Source of the DNA: the human T2T-CHM13v2.0 reference genome, Homo sapiens
NCBI RefSeq assembly: GCF_009914755.1
Contig: NC_060930.1
Reading direction: 5' to 3' (one strand)
DNA length: 64,000 nucleotides
A program made the translations under genes and the position numbers. Shown one piece after another: positions 58,967 through 64,000 of the stretch. The notes beneath the pieces are model-generated. The model saw only the letters and a list, made by a program, of their open reading frames with translations, was not told where the DNA came from and did not search any database. Each line of letters starts with the position of its first letter. The first letter of the stretch is position 1.

Positions 58967-59151
58967 TTGCTTCTCTCTCTGAAACTGCATGTTTGTAAAG
59001 GTTTATTTACATAAATGAATCATATTTTATACTACGCATTAGCACATTTATTTGTTTCATTTAGAGTTCTGGAAGGATTCACACCAGTTGCTAGTGCTCA
59101 TCTTTTGGAAAATGACAAATGGTGGGGGCAGGTATGGGGACTTCCATTTAA

Positions 59152-59458
59152 ATTTTTTTTTTTTTTGAGTCAGAATCTGGCTCTCTCACCCAGGCTGGAG
59201 TGCAGTGGCATGACTACGGCTCACTGTAGCCTCAACCTCCTGTGCTCAAGTGATCCTCCCACCTCAGCCTCCTTAGTAGCTGGGAAGTAGCTGGGACTAC
59301 AGGAGTGTGCTACCATTCCGGGCTAATTTTTTGTGTTTTTTTTCCAGAGACGGGGGTTCTCACTATGTTGTCCAGGCTGGTTTGGAACTCCTGGGCTCAA
59401 GCGATCAGCTGGTCTTGGCCTCCCGGAGTGCTAGGATTATAGGAGTGAGGCACCACTC
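59152..59458 (-). mobile_element. AluJ
   Basis: Poly-T then caggctggagtgcagtgg..aactcctgggctcaagcgatc; internal agtagctggga duplication. Confidence 0.92.
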
Positions 59459-59559
59459 TACTTTTTAATATATAGATATCTGCATTGTTAAATTGTTATG
59501 GTGACCCTGTGGTAAATCCAAAATAATCAAGAGATACTTTTCTAGTCGGAGTTTTTAAA

Positions 59560-60500
59560 GAGGCTGCTTTTTATTGGTTATGAATGAATTTTGCATGTTA
59601 TCTTTTGTTTTTTCCTCACGTAATGAGATTACAGAATTTTTCTTATTTGGCTGATTGATTGAAAATGTCATACTAATAGATGATTAATATGAATGGAGAT
59701 TAAATGATCCTCACTTAAAGTCTTAAGAAGACTTAAAATCTTTTTTTTGTCCTTCCCAGAGCTCAATGTTCCATTAATATATGATTAAATGTTATGGTTT
59801 GTATTCATGTAAAAATTTCAGATTTATTTTCATATACAAGATGCGTCTATATCTTTTTTGTAATATTTTTGTTAGCTTTTGGTTGCTGAGGAGTTATGCT
59901 GGTTTTATAAAATGCACTTGGTAGGTTTTCATTCTTTTTATATGCTCTGCAAAAATTCATGTGGTGATGAAATTCGCTATTATTTAAAAGTTTGAAGGAC
60001 ATTACCAGTAAAGTCAATTTGTATAATTAGTCTTGGTTAAACTAATTTTTTTGTCTCTTCAAAGTTTCTCCTACTTTTTGAATTATTGGTCACATCTATT
60101 TTTCTAGAAATTTAAATTTAATCCAACTTTTAAACTTTTATTGCACATAGTATACTTTTATGATTTATAATTCTCTCTATAGAGTGTAGCCCTTCAGTAA
60201 TTTCATTTTTGTTTATTTGTATTTTTCTTTTATTGATTAGATTGTCCAGAGATTTGCTTATTTTCTTTTTTCTCCCTAAGAACCAGCTCTAAATTTTTTG
60301 AGAATTTAAATTTGAATATTTGCTTTAATTTACATTTTTGGGACATTTACTTTTGGCATTACTCATTAGTTTGTTTTCTTAAAGAAACCTTTAAAGGAAA
60401 TATCATTGTGCTTTATTTTTCTTCCTTAGTTTTGCTATATAGATGCAATGTTAATGATTTCATTTTGTTTATGCAAAACTGGTCATCCACAAAGTTAAAA
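59560..60500 (-). mobile_element. Old L1ME fragment
   Basis: T-rich antisense ORF2-like text (aagaaccagctct). Confidence 0.6.
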
Positions 60501-60599
60501 TTATGCCATTAGCTACTGTCCCCATTTCATGGAGAATGGCAATTTTAATGAATATGTAAATATGGTGATTACTTTTAGAATAAAATACATATATGTTTA

Positions 60600-62700
60600 C
60601 AAATAAATAGATTGCTTTTTTGTTGCTGCTCTTACAGAATCATAGAGGCATTAAATGGAACTGATTATGGAGTTGGTATATAAAATAAAACAGTTTACTT
60701 AGGAAAGAAAAGCATCTCAGTATCTTAATAAACATGGCCAGACTGAAGGAAGGAATTCTATATCTCTAACTAATACCTATACCTTGAGGAAGGCAAAAGA
60801 TTTGTATTTACACAAAGGTAAAAAGAAAGTGGCAACCATCTACCACTAATGCTTAGCAATAAGGTTTAGTCTATGATATGCAGGGTTTAACAGTTAATCT
60901 ATTTAGTAAGCAAAGGTAGACCATGGTGCTTGAAGTATGAAATCTTAGAGCAGAAATAGACAGCATGGTAAATTCTACAAAGATAAAAAGAAATTGCCTA
61001 CTTCCTAATTTCGAAGACAGTCCATCCACTGTTTCTTATTTGGTGAGAAAATGGTTGAAGGTCTCTATGACAGTAATTCAGCTAGCCCAGTATTTTTAAT
61101 TCATCTATTTGTACAGTTAGATGGAGAGATTTGGAGCATGGAGATTGGAAAATGCTGCCCTTTTGGAAATAGCTTGAATTCCTGATAAGTGAAATGCCAT
61201 GTGATGCCACAGGAAGGCAATGAATTAGCACAGGGCTGTGGAAAGGTTCTCAGTTTGGGAGTTGGTTAGAGCTCTGCTTAATCCTGCTCCCTGACCCTAG
61301 GAATGATCCCTGGGCAAGACAGTTAACCTGTCTTCATTTCACTGTCTTCATTTGATAACGCAAACGATGCTACTTACCTTTCAGAGTACTTGTGATGATT
61401 AAATATAAACTATGGGTAAAACATTTTTAGAAATCTCAATAAAACACTTTTAAAATGCTGTTGAATAAGTAGTAAATCTATTTTTAATGTGATGATGTAA
61501 CTATTATTAAAAATAAAATCCAGTGTCTTTTGTGGTTTCCAACTGAAGGCATCCCTGACATTCCTCAGTCATATCCTTGGCATGTTTCTGTCATTCAGCA
61601 CTGTAATTACTTTCATGACAAAGGCAATTCAGTTCCACAAACATTTACCAGGTACCTGTTCTGCTTAAGACTAGAGAGAAGGTGATGGAGATACAAGAGC
61701 TAGAGGAATGAGGCTCCTCCCTTAACAAATGTAGATTCTATCCATCACATTCACAACCTGATTACTTGACCCAAACAGTTCTGATTAGCAAACACCATAT
61801 GTCCAGCACTGTCCTCTAAGTTTAATTTGCCTGAGGCATTATTCCTCTGAGTACCATAGATTTTTACTGCTCTCTTACATTTAACTTGTCTTACTTTTGT
61901 GTGAAATCAGATGGGAGAACAGGAAGAACTGGGAAGAACTCTTGGCCCTTCAGTGGTCCAAAGTGGAAACAGTTATATTTTATTAAAAATGAAGGGGTTT
62001 AGCAAAGCATTTTAAAATAGAAATGGCGTGGGAGCTCAGCAGGTCATGAAAATGCCTTCAGAAGAATTTGCTGAAGGACTCTCTTCAGGGGTAAAGATCA
62101 AAGATCAGCCATTCACAGCATAAAAGCAGCAGTGTTTTTCATTTTAGCTTGTTCAGTATCATAAGTAAACAGAGATATTGTGTGCGTAGATTGGTTGTGG
62201 CTCTCCAGATTTGACAGGGAAGGAAACACATAATTTCAACATGTGAAAGAAATGTGATGGGAGTATAAGAAACTTTCAAATCTAGGAGTGTAGGGAGTGG
62301 GTTTCCATCTAGTATATATGTGAAATCTTCCAGGATTCTGTGAATTTAGTCTTTCTCTATTGTGATATGTTTGATTTAAAAGGAATTCAAGTTCACCTAT
62401 TTGAAACAAAATTTGCCATCACTATCTGTTTTTTCTTCCTCTGTCAGAAAATATTAAGAGAATCAGCTTTTAAAGTGAAGTTATAAAATCATGATTTTCA
62501 TACATTCATTTGAATGCCCACACAATACAACATACAATGATAATCTAACATAAATATGTAAAGGCAATTTAGGTTAGAAAATATTGATTTTCTTTTGTAA
62601 ATCAGTAAGGAAGAAAATACTAAATAAGGTGTATAAAAGCTTGGTACAGTTTCTGAGCTGTGCTATATAAAATGTCGTGTTAAGTAAGGAAGTCTGTATT
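60600..62700 (+). pseudogene. Degenerate extended-Tudor repeats, block E (about 3 units)
   Basis: ELIMELVYKIKQF..RKAK..VDHG..KLPTS*FRRQSIHCFLFG (60991-61044, cf. LP..F..QAIHCSLAG). PKQF*L../SDGRTGR..VMKMPSEEFAE (61770-62075). Confidence 0.65.
61215..61430 (+). mobile_element. MIR
   Basis: tgggcaagacagttaacctgtc..tacttacctttcagagtacttgtgatgattaaat. Confidence 0.7.
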
Positions 62701-63329
62701 CAACTATTTTTAGAGCTCTATGGACACATATCTGCTTGGGTAGTGTGATAATAAATAAATAGTGTTGATAAATAGATAGGTGGAAAGTTCAGAAGATCTA
62801 CCCACACTATTTTGTGCAAATATTGAGTTCACTAGTGCTGTGCAGGATTTTCTCTGAAAATGCTATTTTGGAGATATTAATTGGTATTAAATGCTTCTAA
62901 AGGTTCTCATTGTTAAATGAGTTTTAATTGAGTTAAACAGCTTTGCTCAATGAATTTAATATACAGTAAACCTTGTGAATTTTCAATAAGTAAATGTAAT
63001 ACCCATTATTTCCTAAATTTGTTAATTAAATTGCGGGTATATTCTTTTTAGATTGTTTTTTCCAGGTCTATGCCATTTTGAGATAGAGTATTATTGACAC
63101 AATTCTCAAATTATAGACTTATTGCATTTTCTTGCTTTTTTCTAAGTGTTTGCCCTTTTGAGCTTTTCTTAGATAAAATCACAGAGCGGAGTCATAGAGC
63201 ATCTGCTAGCATTACTTCATGTAACTGATTAAGTAAAATGTTAATGCGGTCTCACCCAGCAGGATTCAAAGCATAGTATTAACTCAGAGGGGATGCATGG
63301 AAATACTCTGTGCTAGTTATATCTGTTAT

Positions 63330-63785
63330 CCCTGTCCTGGGGAATGGACTTTAAGAGACTATGTCAAATAGGAGTAAGTTCATGAAAAGTAACATGATGC
63401 TGAAGGGGCATTCAAAACTTTCTAATTTGGGAAATATGGAAGGAATTAGAGATGTTTAACCTGGATATGAGATAATTAATTAAAAACTACTATGGCCTTT
63501 AAATATTTGAGAGAATGGCATTTAGAAGAGTAATTACATGTGCCAAAATGGGTACAACTTGATCTAACATAGACGTAACCAGGTTACAGAGTTTTGGGCT
63601 CAGCATAAGGAGATACATTTCTGCAGACAGAATTGTCCAAGAATAACTGTGCCCTTAGGAAGTGGTTGTGTTCAGCCTTAAACTCAGCAGAAATACTGTA
63701 AAGAGAAATGGGGGCAGTCTTAAAAAAATTACAGGATGAAATGACAAATCGGATCCTTTGAACCTAGAAACTTTGTGAATTCTAC
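63330..63785 (+). mobile_element. L3/CR1 3' fragment
   Basis: gaaggaattagagatgtttaacctgga..tttaaatatttga..gggctcagcataagga..tgtgaattct. Confidence 0.65.
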
Positions 63786-64000
63786 TACAAAATTTCATTT
63801 AAATGAGCATGTATGCAAAACATAAATTTTCCATGCCTTGATTCAAGATTGTTATTTCCAGCTGTATAGGAAAAAAATGATATTATTTTAACAGGTGTAT
63901 TTGAAGTCCTTTAGGACCGTTCTGTAAGTATTTTTGTAAACAACGTGGAGTATAGAATCTCTAAGGAGAGAATGGTTCACTTCTTTGAAAAATAGAAATG

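Overview
Primate genomic DNA, human or great ape (AluY, L1PA2-type LINE). There is no intact host protein-coding exon. Positions ~2.5-21.4 kb are a nest of LINE-1 elements, including a full-length L1PA2-like copy with intact ORF1 and ORF0 and a short 3' transduction. The rest carries scattered Alu, MIR, L2, CR1, LTR and DNA-transposon relics. The main result comes from translating the 'unique' DNA between these repeats by eye, across stops and frameshifts. It repeatedly gives the ordered motif series of extended Tudor domains: V-x-V..SP..F-y/w-x-Q-L, G..C..., D-g-x-W-y-R-A-x-I, V-x-F-v-D-y-G, LP-x-QA..C-x-L-x-G. By eye I count roughly 30-40 degenerate repeats from ~0.4 to ~62.7 kb, with no apparent introns. 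This suggests a very large, long-dead multi-Tudor (TDRD6/TDRD15-like, piRNA-scaffold type) unitary pseudogene. It has been broken by transposon insertions and by at least two inversions: + 0.4-30.2 kb, - 30.3-47.6 kb, + 48.7-50.6 kb, - 51.6-55.8 kb, + 60.6-62.7 kb. This assignment rests on manual motif recognition and needs a frameshift-aware HMM or tBLASTn search to confirm.
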